A DNA stretch of 64,000 bases from a virus (IMGVR_UViG_3300033066_001150:1-64000), one strand, 5' to 3'. Counted from the stretch's first letter, positions 27,705-39,859 are shown. Program-made: numbers and translations. The notes: generated by a model from the sequence alone, not told the origin.

Positions 27705-28685
27705 ATGTCATTGGAATTCGTGCCGTACAGGACGCTCTATCAACGTCAACAAGAAGCCAACAAAGTCGCACCGGGTTGGACTGAGGAAGCGTTTTACACA
27801 TGGTCCCTTCTGGAGGCGGCTCGGGAACTTAACAGGAATTGGACGGTCCAGCAAGCGGCCTTGACTGGAATGTTGGAAGCCGAAGATACGTGGATCAAAC
27901 ATGGACGACCCTACTTCAAGGTCTGGCCCGCAATGGCGTTGGAACTGATGACCGTGGGACTGGACCTCCCGGCGTCCTACTTGATGCCTCCGTTTCCCGT
28001 ATTCTCCATTCTGCTCCCAAACAAAGAGATCCCCGTGGGTGAAGGATACATGACCTCTATCCTTGTCCGTTACGAGGACGCCGGACAAGGTAAGAAACGG
28101 TATGTCCACACGGTGGAGACAACCCGCCCGGTGGGCATTGGTCGAGCCGTGGTGGGGTTCACGTATGAGAACGGGGATAACCTTGAGGAAGTGATTAAGC
28201 GGAACACTGTAATCCACGAACAAGACCGGTTCTTGGAAAATGGAATGACCCCGGAGATGCTGGAACGGGTGATTCGACTTACGGTGGCGGTGTGCTTTTT
28301 CGGGACCAACCAACACGAGGTCATTCGACCGGACATTCCCAAGAAGTACGTCGAGAAAATGGAACGGGCCCGCCAGCGAGGGGACACCGCACGGGTATCC
28401 CAAATCGAAAAGCGGTACTCCAAGGGGTACACGGTAGGACGGGAACTGACCCTCCCCGCGGCGGTTGTCCTTGTCCCCAATGGCACGGCCAGTACGGGGA
28501 CGAGACGGGGTTTAGAGTATTCCCACACAAGACGGCCCCATCTTCGCTTGCAACAAAAGGGTCCCCGTACCAGTCCCTATCACGAACTGATCTTCGTCCG
28601 GTCCACGATAGTAAAGCCAGAACTGCCATTTGACCCCCATGCTAAACGGGGTTTCCTGATCCCTGACAAGAAAGATGGAACATGA
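27705..28685 (+). CDS. conserved phage hypothetical protein
   Basis: C-terminal HTRRPHLRLQ...IFVRSTIV motif. Confidence 0.6.
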   Translation: MSLEFVPYRTLYQRQQEANKVAPGWTEEAFYTWSLLEAARELNRNWTVQQAALTGMLEAEDTWIKHGRPYFKVWPAMALELMTVGLDLPASYLMPPFPVFSILLPNKEIPVGEGYMTSILVRYEDAGQGKKRYVHTVETTRPVGIGRAVVGFTYENGDNLEEVIKRNTVIHEQDRFLENGMTPEMLERVIRLTVAVCFFGTNQHEVIRPDIPKKYVEKMERARQRGDTARVSQIEKRYSKGYTVGRELTLPAAVVLVPNGTASTGTRRGLEYSHTRRPHLRLQQKGPRTSPYHELIFVRSTIVKPELPFDPHAKRGFLIPDKKDGT

Positions 28686-29158
28686 CGATTCTCTATGTTG
28701 CCCGTGACAAGGACGAAGCTGTTACTCTTTTTGCCTCTTGTCCTATTTTGAAAAAGGGGGTGTGGCTACACAAAAATCGCGTCCCAAAGGCGGAAAGGGG
28801 ATGCGTTGAACTCCCTGACGACTGGTTCCCGGAAGTGAAACCTGAGGAGCGTTCCACGTTCGTGTTGTCAAGAAAACCGACTGGGAACACAGGTCCCCAA
28901 CAAGACGACCCGGCTCCTGCGAAGGACCCCGTTGCTGTGGAACCCGACGAGGAAGACACACGTTGGATCGCCTTGACAAATGTTACGTTGGCCACAATGC
29001 TCCCCCTCATCCGGGAACAGCAGTTCCAACGTATTCGCGACCAACACACTATTGATATGCTGGATGTGCAGACAATCATTCACGAAACGGTTCAGCGCTC
29101 CATTCTGTGGGCCATCGCGATGGTAAAAGAGGTCGATAACGTACAACGGAAAGGCTAG
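28682..29158 (+). CDS. hypothetical protein
   Basis: ATGA overlap; YVARDKD motif. Confidence 0.55.
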   Translation: MTILYVARDKDEAVTLFASCPILKKGVWLHKNRVPKAERGCVELPDDWFPEVKPEERSTFVLSRKPTGNTGPQQDDPAPAKDPVAVEPDEEDTRWIALTNVTLATMLPLIREQQFQRIRDQHTIDMLDVQTIIHETVQRSILWAIAMVKEVDNVQRKG

Positions 29159-30749
29159 GCAAAATCCCGTATCCGAAAATAACAGCATACCGCTCCCACG
29201 GCGCGGCGGTGTGGTTTACTGTTACGACGGTGAAGCCTGATCAAACTCATTGAAGGTTCGGGCTGTGAAATACTTAGAACTTGATCAACTGCAAATCGGA
29301 CAACGGTATTTGTGCCAGTTGTATTCTACCCGTCGCATGTATGTCTTGACGTATCAAGGGCGGGGTTTATTTGCTGGTCGTTGTCGGACCTTTTCTGTGG
29401 AGGGGCAGGTTCGTTACGTTTTCAAGCAGGTTCAGCCGGCTAAGGGGAAATCATGTCCTTAAAAACGTGGATGACGAGGTATTGCCCTGTCGAGACTCCA
29501 CTTCCACCTCCTGATATAGAAAGAACAACACGACCACCTCCAGCACATTCTATCTCTACTGTGGTACAGACGGCAATTGGTTGTCTATGTCGTGCTTGAT
29601 TTGGCACAAAAGCGGACAAACGGTGGAGGTACTTCAATGGAGCGTCGGCCGAAAAGCATATGGACGTTATGGAAATCCAGATCGTCCCCAAGTTCGCATT
29701 CAACTTCAGCAACTTCGTTCCAGAGATTGAGGAGACCATGTGTCGCCTACCGAAGGACTTCGTACCGCTGTTGACCAGACAGGAAAAGATACGAAATATT
29801 GCGTTGCGGGTTCGGGGTCTCCTGTCTGACATGATTACGGAAGAAGTCGTCCGGCAGTTGAATACCCTGCTGGGACTTCCACTCAAGAGCTAACCATGAA
29901 CTGGCGAAAACGTCCTCTCGGTGTCACTATCCCGACTTGGTTGGGGGAAGCCTCCCGGCATGGTTCGTGGGGGCTTGGTTTTTCCTTTCGGTCTGTTACC
30001 TATGCTGATCATCGGTCTGGTTGGAGTGGGACCCAACTGCGGGTCCAGTTTTTGCGGTGGAACTGGTCGGTCGGTGTTCTACGGTGGCAAACCCCACTTC
30101 ACAAGCCACTAGCATCGTGGCTGTCTTTACGGGAACAAATCCAAGACACACACGAGAACCACTGGCTACGTTGGGAAGAGAAACAAGCTGATCAGGAGCT
30201 CCAACAACGCATGCACGAATTGTTGATTCTCAAACGCATTCGGGATTCCCGCGAGGGTTGATATATCATGGGTGACCACGCGGATGATTGTTTGAACGAA
30301 ATGATGGATAGTGACGGCTTACAACAAAGCTAAGGCCACGCCGATCCGGCAACTATCTCCGAACACATCCGCGAACTGCTTTACGATTACGATGGGAGTC
30401 GTGTCCCGGGAGTGTTTTCTGTCTTTCCGCGAAAACCATCGGGCCCGGGAAAATGTCCCGCTTGTGGTGGGGAGACTGTGTTGAAAACAAATCGCAAAAC
30501 GCAACAACTGTTTTATGGATGCCAACGGTTTCCCCAATGCCGGGGAAATCGGGATTATTGACTGGAGAAAAAAGTCCCAAGTGCACCCCGTGGGTTTCCT
30601 TTACATTGTGGGGGATCCGTGGGGTTTGTTTTTTGAAGAAGAGAGCAAGACCCTTGTCGCTTGAGGGGAATGGTCTTATTGTGTTTCTCTGTTGTGGGTA
30701 ATTCCCTCCTACTAAGTAGTGCACCCCCATTTAGAAAACTTGAATAGAA

Positions 30750-31358
30750 ATGTCGAAACCTTTAGAGAATATGCGACATGAGCGGTTTTGTCAGGCTTAT
30801 GTGGTGTCGTTCAATGGAAAGAAAGCTGCGCTAGAAGCCGGGTATAAAGAGCATTCTGTCCAGGCGATGGCTAGTCAATTGCTTGCACGAAGGGATATTC
30901 GGAAACGACTCCGGGCATTACAAAAGGACTTCTTTCAGGCTAAGAAACTCGAACGCGAAGAAGTGATCCAGCAGCTCTACTATCTCTGCACACGGGATGT
31001 CCTGGATTTCGCAGATCATGATACTGGGGTCATTAACGTCGACGATCTTCGTCGACTTCCCAAAGGACTCCGGGCAAGTATCGACGGCCTTCGTGTACGT
31101 CAGCTCTATGATAAATCAGGAGAGGTCATCGGTCAGGAGATTACACTGAACCTCTCCCCCAAGGCCAAGGCTATCGAAATGGCCATGAAACATTTCAGCC
31201 TCTTCGCTCCAGAGGAAGTGGATCACAAGCATTCGGTGTCTGTGGACTGGGACCGGATGTTCGAATCACAAGCGGGAAAGGTTCCAGAGGTAGAGGAGAT
31301 GATACAGCAACTTCCTGAGAAAGGGACATTGCTGATTACGAAACAAGCCTCACCGTAA
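30750..31358 (+). CDS. terS: terminase small subunit
   Basis: RHERFCQAY...NGKKAALEAGY...ASQLL; directly upstream of the large subunit. Confidence 0.88.
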   Translation: MSKPLENMRHERFCQAYVVSFNGKKAALEAGYKEHSVQAMASQLLARRDIRKRLRALQKDFFQAKKLEREEVIQQLYYLCTRDVLDFADHDTGVINVDDLRRLPKGLRASIDGLRVRQLYDKSGEVIGQEITLNLSPKAKAIEMAMKHFSLFAPEEVDHKHSVSVDWDRMFESQAGKVPEVEEMIQQLPEKGTLLITKQASP

Positions 31359-31370
31359 AGACTGGAAATC

Positions 31371-32933
31371 ATGCCCCCTTTTCAGACTATGGACCCTGTC
31401 CAGTTCGTGAAACTTTGTTGGCCAGATATTACTCTGTATCGCCAACAACGGGAGATCATGTACTCGGTTCGGGATAATATCGATACAGTAGTCCCCGCCG
31501 GTCACCAGTTGGGGAAGGACTTCGTTTCGGGACTGATTGTCCTGTGGTTTTTCGTGGCCCATCACCCTGTCCGTATCGTAACGACGTCCGTGGACGGTAC
31601 CCAATTGGAAGGGGTGTTGTGGGGGGAAATTCGCCGTTTTCTCCAGACCTCGAAATATAAGCTCCCCATTGTTATCAATCATCTCCACCTCAAGAAAACA
31701 TACAAGGGGGAGGTTGATGGATTGAGCTATGTGATTGGACGTGTTGCGGCCCGTGGGGAAGGTCTGTCCGGTCACCACATTGCCCGGCGGGAGTACAGCT
31801 CTCCCCACACGTTAGCCGTAATCGACGAGGCCTCCGGTGTGGACCCGGTGTCCTATGAAAAGATGATTGAGTGGGCTCACCGACGCTTGATCATTGGCAA
31901 CCCTTACCAGTGCGACAACTTCTTCAAGTACGCTGTGAAAGGAAAGCCGGGCACAGAGGACCGGGGCGGTGACTTGAAATCGGACTACGTGTTTCCAGAC
32001 GGACGCGAGTCCTACCTCCGCAAAATTATTCGCATCAAGTCAGAAGACAGTCCGAATGTCCGTCGGGCTTTGTATCAGATTTCCCAAGGCTATGAACCGG
32101 ATCGCAAGATCATTATTCCGGGGGTCATTGACTATGACACGTATGCCCTTGCCCGCAAGACGTGGGACCCTGTTAAGCAGTGTGCTGGACTGGATGCTGA
32201 CTTCTACGAAGGTGCGGAAGTTCTGATGTTTCCAGCTGTGTGGTTGAACCGGGCTGAGGAAATTGCGGCTACACTTCCCACTCGACGCATCGCCAAGGCC
32301 ATAGGTGTAGACCCCGGAGAAGGCGGTGCGAATACGGTGTGGACCGCGGTGGACGAGTTGGGGGTGATTGAACAGTTGAGTATGAAAACACCGGACACAA
32401 GTATGATCCCTGAGCAGACAATTGTGTTTGCCCGGGAACATGGCTGCCCGATGGATATGGTTTTCTTTGATGCTGGTGGCGGTGGGATCCAGCATGCGTG
32501 GGTTCTCCGACGGGCGGGGTTCAAGGTCCAGACGGTCCGTTTTGGGGAACCGGCGACGGCTCCCTTAAAACGTGGACAACGAATGCTCGAGGAACGGAAG
32601 CAGATTCAGGAACAACAATACGTCTATGCGAACCGGCGGGTGGAGATGTACCACATGGCTCGGCTTCTGCTCGATCCCGGGTACACGGAAAAGGGGTGGG
32701 GTATTCCTCGGCGGTTCGTGGAACTGCGACGTCAGTTGTCTCCGTTGCCTTTGATATACGACGAAAAAGGGAAGATGATACTACCTCCCAAGAACCGCAA
32801 ACCGGGTTCCACCAATCGTCAGAAAACACTGGTTGATATCCTAGGCTGTAGTCCCGACGAATCCGATAGTATGGTATTGGCGGTCTTCGGAATGCGTCGA
32901 CAAACCAAACGCAAACTCGGAAAGGCATTTTAG
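31371..32933 (+). CDS. terL: terminase large subunit
   Basis: AGHQLGKD, VIDEASG, IGNP, IGVDPG, SPDESDS. Confidence 0.9.
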   Translation: MPPFQTMDPVQFVKLCWPDITLYRQQREIMYSVRDNIDTVVPAGHQLGKDFVSGLIVLWFFVAHHPVRIVTTSVDGTQLEGVLWGEIRRFLQTSKYKLPIVINHLHLKKTYKGEVDGLSYVIGRVAARGEGLSGHHIARREYSSPHTLAVIDEASGVDPVSYEKMIEWAHRRLIIGNPYQCDNFFKYAVKGKPGTEDRGGDLKSDYVFPDGRESYLRKIIRIKSEDSPNVRRALYQISQGYEPDRKIIIPGVIDYDTYALARKTWDPVKQCAGLDADFYEGAEVLMFPAVWLNRAEEIAATLPTRRIAKAIGVDPGEGGANTVWTAVDELGVIEQLSMKTPDTSMIPEQTIVFAREHGCPMDMVFFDAGGGGIQHAWVLRRAGFKVQTVRFGEPATAPLKRGQRMLEERKQIQEQQYVYANRRVEMYHMARLLLDPGYTEKGWGIPRRFVELRRQLSPLPLIYDEKGKMILPPKNRKPGSTNRQKTLVDILGCSPDESDSMVLAVFGMRRQTKRKLGKAF

Positions 32934-33672
32934 TGGAAGTCTACGAACCCTCTGCAAAAGCACTCCGCAAAAGTGTTCTAGATCCTGAGGATCGTATGGT
33001 CTTCGTACCTGGCACAAAGTCAGCAGTTCTCTGGCATGTATTCACTCGCGAGATCATACAAGTCGACTTTCGCAAGACAAAAGATAGCCATGTCGAGAGA
33101 AGTAGCGACACTCCTGTCGGTTTGTGGATAAGCCGGGATTTGTTGGCGACTTATACTGATCCCGAAAAGGCTCTCCGTGTATTAACTGATCTGCGATTGC
33201 CCTACACTGTTCGTTAGTTCCAAAGATTCGGAAAGGTTTTTCCATGGCGTCCTTTACTCAGTTCAGTGGGTCCTACACGAACACACGGGAGTTGATGTTT
33301 CGATTGGCGGCGATGGCTAATATCTCCAGCGCTGGTATCTGCCGGATGGTTTTGGACCTGCGGCTCGATAGCATTCCAACTCTCTATACAGAAACGAGGT
33401 TGGATCGGGAACAGGTCCACAAGGCGGAGCTGCCTCCTGTGGACGTTAATGTTGTTCGGGGTCCAATTGATACGACTACAATCTTGAACGAAACTTTCCG
33501 GACATACGAACCATCCCCGACAGATCCAGAAAAGGAAATGTTGATTAAACTGCTGCGTGGGCTGGTAGTGAACGAAGGGAGTATGGATGACGTGGAGTTA
33601 CGTCCGGTGAGGGATCGTTTGTTTTCCCTTGCTCGTGATTACTTGGAAAGCCATTTTCCTAAGGACTAGACC

Positions 33673-34020
33673 GTGGGGAACCTCAACACCAGACGGCAGC
33701 GATTGCGGATTCTCTATCTCAATGACATGATCAAGGAAAGCAAGGCCCGGTGTGCGGTTTGTCATTGTCATGTCGTCCGGCTGGGCCGGGTCCAGAATAA
33801 CGGAACCTTGCTGCGGGTCAATGGGGGTCGGGTTCTGTACAAGAGCGGCAAGTATGGTGTTTGGGCGGGGATCGCCACGATTGGTCACATTGTAGATATA
33901 GAGGATGGGGGAACGGACGACCGGGGGAACCTGCAGCTAGAGTGCTACGATTGTAACAATCGCAAAGAGCGGGAAAAGACCATGTCCCGCAAAGCCAAGG
34001 GAAACAATGACCGTCTTTGA
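33673..34020 (+). CDS. HNH endonuclease-like protein
   Basis: CAVC...ATIGHIV...GGTD..GNLQLECYDCNNRK. Confidence 0.75.
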   Translation: MGNLNTRRQRLRILYLNDMIKESKARCAVCHCHVVRLGRVQNNGTLLRVNGGRVLYKSGKYGVWAGIATIGHIVDIEDGGTDDRGNLQLECYDCNNRKEREKTMSRKAKGNNDRL

Positions 34021-35501
34021 TGAAGCAACCCACTCCTTCTTGGAGGCCATTACCGAGAAACTTGTAAAGAATCTCCAAAAGAGCACTGTCAATGTTGTAG
34101 TTGCTCCAGATGTGGATAAACTCGATGCTAAAATATGCATGGAGGTCGGTGCTTCCGTCTTGCTTGGGAAGCATACCATTGTCTTCGTTCCTCCGGGAAG
34201 GACGTGTTCTGCCCTGTTAAGAAAAATTGCGTTCGAAGTAATAAACAGGGAATCCGAGTTACCTGCGGTGTTGGCACGGTTGGAACACTTTGTGGCATCA
34301 GAAAGGGAACAATGACACTGAAACGCGCGTGCTCCCAACATATACTGATTACCGTGGGTGACTACGATCGGACGGGCGACTTGTGCGGTAAACCAGCTCG
34401 GTACCAAACACCAAGTGGTCGTTATGTGTGCGGAACGCATCGTCGGGTTGTAGATGCTTTTCTGGAGCGTCAAGGTAAAAAAGAACGATGTGTCAGCATC
34501 CAGACTGGAGGTTAGAAATGGGGACGAAAAGACCAGTATTGCCACCACCAAAATCTCAGTGGCCAAAAGACAGGCCGCGACCTGTTAGCCCGCCACCTCC
34601 CCCGACTCGGGAGCAACTGATCGCCATTCGACTCATTTCGCAGATAATAAAAGGCGACAAGTAAAAGTAGTGTCTAACTAGGAAAGACCAGTAATGTATC
34701 CGAATTCAGATTGCAGTGAAGGAGAACCTAGCTGGGATAACGGGGAGGATGTGACCACGTGCTACGGACGTCCCCAACCACGGGTCTACCGGTTTTTCAA
34801 GTTTGAGGTCTGGCGGGAACCGGCAGGGGTAATCAGTCGCGACCCGATATGGGTTTGCCTCTATGACGTGTGGCTCCACACTCATCCGACCTTGTGGGGC
34901 CTCCTGTGGGATGTTTTACGAAATCACAAGTCCGACCATAACCTGGTCGCCTAAGTGAAATTATGAATAAGCTGTTTCGTTTTATCAATGGCATTGGTCG
35001 TCCGGTCTGGATTTTACCCAGCACCGTGATTGCTATGTATCAAGAAGAATGTGGCGCATGGGTTGTGGTCTGTACCAACACAATGTGGACCATGAGCAAA
35101 GGGGATTTTGATCGACTGTTGAAAGTGGTGGACCAGTTCCGAGCTTCGTTAGAGGAAGACGAAGGGGACTGGTGGAAGGGCGTCGGGACAGATACCACGG
35201 AAGAAGAGGATGACGATGAAGACGATTATTAGTCTCTGGCAGCGGTTGCTATTGTGGTGGCGGGGACCTTTGGAACTGGATGCGGATGAGGACCGGGAAA
35301 TGATGGTCCCGACCATGCTTCCCATGTCCCCCGATCGGGAGGTCATGTGCTCCCCCGATCCCGACACCTCCCCTTGTGTGGACCCCCAGTGCCCCTGTCA
35401 TAAAGTGATCACGCACACCTCAATTGCTGTGAATTGAACCGGACCCTTGACAACTAGGGTTCTTGTCTTTACTGTGTGACGGTTTGTTAAGGAGGATGAA
35501 C

Positions 35502-35681
35502 ATGTTGGTCTTGTCACGGCGGAAAAACGAACAAGTGATGATCGGAGATGACACGGTGGTCACTGTCGTGGAGGTACTGGGCGACAAGGTGCGGCTCGGG
35601 ATCGAAGCCCCAAAGGAAGTCGCCATTCACCGTCGGGAAGTGTGGGTTATTATTCAACAGGAAAAGGCGACCGAGGAGTAA
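35502..35681 (+). CDS. csrA: carbon storage regulator CsrA
   Basis: MLVLSRRKNEQVMIGD...VRLGIEAPKEVAIHRREV; RBS AAGGAGG. Confidence 0.9.
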   Translation: MLVLSRRKNEQVMIGDDTVVTVVEVLGDKVRLGIEAPKEVAIHRREVWVIIQQEKATEE

Positions 35682-36062
35682 TGATCACTTCCATTTTCTG
35701 TCTGTTGCTTGTGGGTGTGCTGGTGCTGCAGTTGGTATTGCGGTGCCAGCTTCTTCGCCTTCGGGGGGACCTACGTCAGTTCCACGAAGACCAGAAAAAT
35801 CAGACCACACTCACTCCCAACAACCAAACAATGTGGGATGACTAATGCCCTCAGTCTCTTTCCCTGCTCCGCTTCTTCCCCAGCCGGTTCCCCGGGAACG
35901 TCAGTGTCTCCGGTGTAATCGGCTTTTCGTATCTATGGGCCCCAGCAATCGCATCTGTGAGGATTGTCAGGACAAGAACAAACGACAAGGTCGCCGGGCC
36001 AGCAAAGAGTCCAATTGCGGCTGTTGCACATCATTAGGTCGAACACCTCGCGGAGATTAGAT

Positions 36063-39000
36063 ATGGCGAAGAAGAAACCTCGCCCACGTACTGCTTCCAC
36101 TCCTGTCAGTAATTTCCGTGAACAGTTGATGGACATGGCCCTCAATGCCCAGTCGACCCGCTGGGGGTATCTGCAGTCATTGATGGACCCACGTCGGGAT
36201 ATTGATCAGGAGTGTGGGTACGACGCCTCCCGGGAACACGACCCGCAGCTTTATCGGGAACTGTTTGACCGGAACCCTATCGCCTCCCGGGTCAATAAAC
36301 TGTTCCCGTCCGAGACGTGGGGACTTCCCCCTGAAATCTATGAATCGGAGGACCCCAAGGCCAAGACCCCATTTGAAGAGGCTTGGTTGGAACTGGGGGC
36401 CTCCTTGGGTGGGGAGAGCTGGCACGAGGACTTGACTTGTTCGTCTATTTGGGAAGTGCTCCGTCGGGCGGATATTCTTTCGGGGATTGGTCACTTTGGT
36501 GTGATCCTGCTGGGCCTCAGTGATACGGCTGATTTGTCTGAACCCGTAGAAGAGATTGACAAAGAGGGTAAGAGCGTATTCACCGCGAAGAAGAAAAGCG
36601 GGAATGTTCGAAACGCCAAGCAGCCACGCCGTCTGTTGTACATGCGGGTCTTCGACGAAACCCAAGCCACCATCCAGAGCCTCGAGACCGATCCCAGCAA
36701 CCCCCGCTACGGACAACCAACTCACTACAATATCAATTTCTATAATGTGAATAATCAGTCCGATGGGCAAATTGTGTCCTCTGTGGGGACCAAGGTTGTT
36801 CACTGGACCCGTATTATCCATGTCACGGATAACGTTCTTTCTAATGAACTGATGGGTGTGCCCCGGTGCAAGCCAGTGTTGCATCGACTGCTGGACCTGA
36901 ACAAGCTTTACAGCGGGTCCGCGGAGATGTACTGGAAAGGAGCCTTCCCCGGCTTGTCCATTGAAACACAGCCCCAGTTGCAAGGGGATGTGGAAATCGA
37001 TGCGGAAGCTATGCGCTCGCAGATGTTCGACTACATGAACAGTCTGCAACGCTATCTGACATTGACCGGGATGTCTGCCAAGACCTTGTCCCCCACGGTG
37101 GTCGACCCCACAACGCAGATCAATGTGCAGTTGGAAGCCATTTGTATTGAGTTGGGTGTACCGGTCCGAATTTTCAAGGGCAGTGAACGTGGGGAACTGG
37201 CTTCCAGTCAGGACGCTGCGGCTTGGTTGGACCGGGTTAAAGATCGCCAGCGGATGATTACAACGCCGCGGCTGGTGGTCCCCTTAGTCAACCGGCTGAT
37301 TCAAGTGGGGGTGTTGCCGGTTCCCAAGAAGTACGTGACTCATTGGCCGGATATGGCGTCTCTGAGTGAGGAAGAACAAGCCCGCGTCGGGACACTGATT
37401 GTTGACGTCATGGCGAAGTATATCCAAGGCGGCTTGGAAGTCATGATGACACCGATGGACTTTATGATGCGGCTGTTACACTTCTCACAGGAGGAGGCCG
37501 AGGGGATTTTGGAAGCCGCTATTGAAGCTGCGGACACACAGCAGCAACTCACAACCGACCCTGCCGCTGGACAAGACCCCGGACAAGGTGGGGCGCCGCC
37601 TTTGGGACCGGATGGACAACCCCTGCCCATCGGGCCGGATGGGAACCCTGTTGGACCTGATGGTAAGCCGGTGGAATTGGGACCGGATGGACAACCGCCC
37701 CAGCAAGTGGATGAGGACGGGAAACCTGTGGAACCCGTGGACGAAGAAGGGAACCCGGTGGCGGGACAACAACCCACCGGGTTCCCTGTCCCGGGTAAAA
37801 CACCCCCACACTTGGCAGCCTTTGCCAAACAAGCCGCACGTACAGGACGGCCCATTCCTCCGGGGCAAAAACAAGTGGCTCCGGGACAAGGGAAGCAGCC
37901 CATTCCCAAGAAGAAACCACAAGTCCGTAATAGACTGGCCGGGATTGTGGGACAGGCCGTGGACAAGGCCCGGCGCGTCTGGAATAACAAAGAGGTATAC
38001 CCCAAGATCAAGGCAATGGGTCTGTTTCTGCGTGAGACCGGACAAGCCATGCCCGGCTATGGTCAAATCTTCTATAAGACTGATGGTTCGGGTCAGTGTT
38101 GGTACGTGGGCGGGGATGGGGATGGGGACGGTTTCTACAAACTGGTTCAACGCAAACTGAAGACCATCCCCGGTGTCAAGTCTGTGACCTACGAAGCCGA
38201 AGTTTTCCCACCAAAGAATAATAAGTGGCATCAGGTCTACCCCCAGCAGAGGGCATGGGTGGGCAATGCCTTTTGTCCGACCGGTCCCGGTGGGGGACAG
38301 GACAATAGCTGTGCTCCTAAGGGAGGAACCGGACCCACAGATAGTCAACGAATCAGTGCCACAGTGCTAATCATGAAAACAAAGACAAGCACTATGGGAG
38401 AGAAAGGTACTATCCGCGAAGAAAAACGCCACACAGTCTCTATCAAAGATAAGGAAATTGGGACTATTGTTGAAAGACGGATCGCTAAGTCGGCGACTCA
38501 AGGTGGCGGTTACGAAAAGGTGATGGAAGCTGTTTATAAGGATGGGACTGTTCTGGGGCAGGTCAGCAGTCTTGTTCTAGGCAAGGAACGGTTGGCCCAG
38601 CACCGTTTGGAGAGAAGCAAGGCTAAGGCGGGGTCCACATCCAACGTCTTCTGTCCCACGGGACCGGGAGGTGGGGTGGACCCAACCTGTTCCCCCAAAG
38701 GTGGCGGCGGTGGAGGTGTCTCCGGCAAGGGGTCCGGTCGCATTTATAACCCGGACGTTGAGGAACGGGACTCGGCAGGGGTTACAAAGGCAGCCCGTGT
38801 GGGAGTGCCTGCCGAACACGTACCGCCTCCACCTCCCATCGGAAAGCTTCCCAATCTGACAGAACACGAACGCGAGGTCGAATCTAAGTTCGCAGAAGCC
38901 TACGAGGCGGACCCGGATGGGGTGGCTGATAAGTTCCGCGAGCTGGTCAAGGCTTCTGCCAAACCGGGTGAGCCGTTGACCTTTGGAACAGACGACGCCA

Positions 39001-39698
39001 AGGCCCTGACCGACGTGTGGTCCCACCCCGACCAAGACCAGCGTGCGGAGTACCGGGCCAGTCTCAACACTCCCTTACACCAGACAGCGAACGCGATCGC
39101 TAAGCGGGCCTTCGTGCGTGAGTTGGACAACCTGCAGGAAGGGGATGAGATTCTGGTGACCGTGGGTGGCTGTGGGGCTGGTAAAGGTTATGCCCTCAAG
39201 AATGTGCCCGAAGCCTTGGCAATGAAGCAGGGTTCCAAGATTATTTGGGACAGTGCCGGAGACCAGAATGCTACGGAGAACCCGTGGATTCAGAAGGAAG
39301 CGGAAGCTCGTGGACTGAAAGTCAACTATGTCTACGTGCATGCTGACCCTTATAAGGCATGGGCCGACCCGGAACGTGGGGCGATTCAACGGGCCAAAGA
39401 TCCCAAGGATGGGCGAATGGTGGACGCCAAGGTGTTCGCCGATAGTTATGCCTTGGGGATTAAAAACCACGCGGCGTTCTATGAAGCGAACAAAGACAAC
39501 CCCAGTGCTAAGTTTGCCTTCTTGGATAACCGGACGAAACCCAGCCTTATGGATATGATTCCGGACGAAGGGCTGCAGTTGGACCGCCACGAGTTGTCCA
39601 AGTTTGCCGTGAAAGCTGTGGAACAGGCACAAGCCCCGGATCGTGTGGTTCGTGGGGCCTTGATCGGGCAGCGTATCTGGGCAGGAGAAAACATCTAA
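36063..39698 (+). CDS. portal protein (DUF1073-like) with C-terminal cargo, including a zeta-toxin-like P-loop kinase
   Basis: Portal core (NPRYGQP, HWTRIIH, SAEMYW, IFKGSERGELASSQD); Pro/Gly linker; two tag copies; GGCGAGKG...YVHAD...RA...GRMV. Confidence 0.85.
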   Translation: MAKKKPRPRTASTPVSNFREQLMDMALNAQSTRWGYLQSLMDPRRDIDQECGYDASREHDPQLYRELFDRNPIASRVNKLFPSETWGLPPEIYESEDPKAKTPFEEAWLELGASLGGESWHEDLTCSSIWEVLRRADILSGIGHFGVILLGLSDTADLSEPVEEIDKEGKSVFTAKKKSGNVRNAKQPRRLLYMRVFDETQATIQSLETDPSNPRYGQPTHYNINFYNVNNQSDGQIVSSVGTKVVHWTRIIHVTDNVLSNELMGVPRCKPVLHRLLDLNKLYSGSAEMYWKGAFPGLSIETQPQLQGDVEIDAEAMRSQMFDYMNSLQRYLTLTGMSAKTLSPTVVDPTTQINVQLEAICIELGVPVRIFKGSERGELASSQDAAAWLDRVKDRQRMITTPRLVVPLVNRLIQVGVLPVPKKYVTHWPDMASLSEEEQARVGTLIVDVMAKYIQGGLEVMMTPMDFMMRLLHFSQEEAEGILEAAIEAADTQQQLTTDPAAGQDPGQGGAPPLGPDGQPLPIGPDGNPVGPDGKPVELGPDGQPPQQVDEDGKPVEPVDEEGNPVAGQQPTGFPVPGKTPPHLAAFAKQAARTGRPIPPGQKQVAPGQGKQPIPKKKPQVRNRLAGIVGQAVDKARRVWNNKEVYPKIKAMGLFLRETGQAMPGYGQIFYKTDGSGQCWYVGGDGDGDGFYKLVQRKLKTIPGVKSVTYEAEVFPPKNNKWHQVYPQQRAWVGNAFCPTGPGGGQDNSCAPKGGTGPTDSQRISATVLIMKTKTSTMGEKGTIREEKRHTVSIKDKEIGTIVERRIAKSATQGGGYEKVMEAVYKDGTVLGQVSSLVLGKERLAQHRLERSKAKAGSTSNVFCPTGPGGGVDPTCSPKGGGGGGVSGKGSGRIYNPDVEERDSAGVTKAARVGVPAEHVPPPPPIGKLPNLTEHEREVESKFAEAYEADPDGVADKFRELVKASAKPGEPLTFGTDDAKALTDVWSHPDQDQRAEYRASLNTPLHQTANAIAKRAFVRELDNLQEGDEILVTVGGCGAGKGYALKNVPEALAMKQGSKIIWDSAGDQNATENPWIQKEAEARGLKVNYVYVHADPYKAWADPERGAIQRAKDPKDGRMVDAKVFADSYALGIKNHAAFYEANKDNPSAKFAFLDNRTKPSLMDMIPDEGLQLDRHELSKFAVKAVEQAQAPDRVVRGALIGQRIWAGENI

Positions 39699-39859
39699 TG
39701 GCGATCACTGAGAACGCAGAAGGTCAATGGTGGGACGAAGAGGCTGACCGGGTGAACCGGATGGCGGAACTGGCCCGTCAAAAGGGAATGGTCATTTCGG
39801 TGACCCCCAAGGCAAAAGCAAAGGTCAGCAAAAAGAAACCCACCAAGAAGGAGAAATAA
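39698..39859 (+). CDS. 53-aa protein coupled to the portal-zeta gene
   Basis: TAATG overlap at both ends; MAITENAEGQWWDEEADR...; too short for the supplied ORF track. Confidence 0.55.
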   Translation: MAITENAEGQWWDEEADRVNRMAELARQKGMVISVTPKAKAKVSKKKPTKKEK

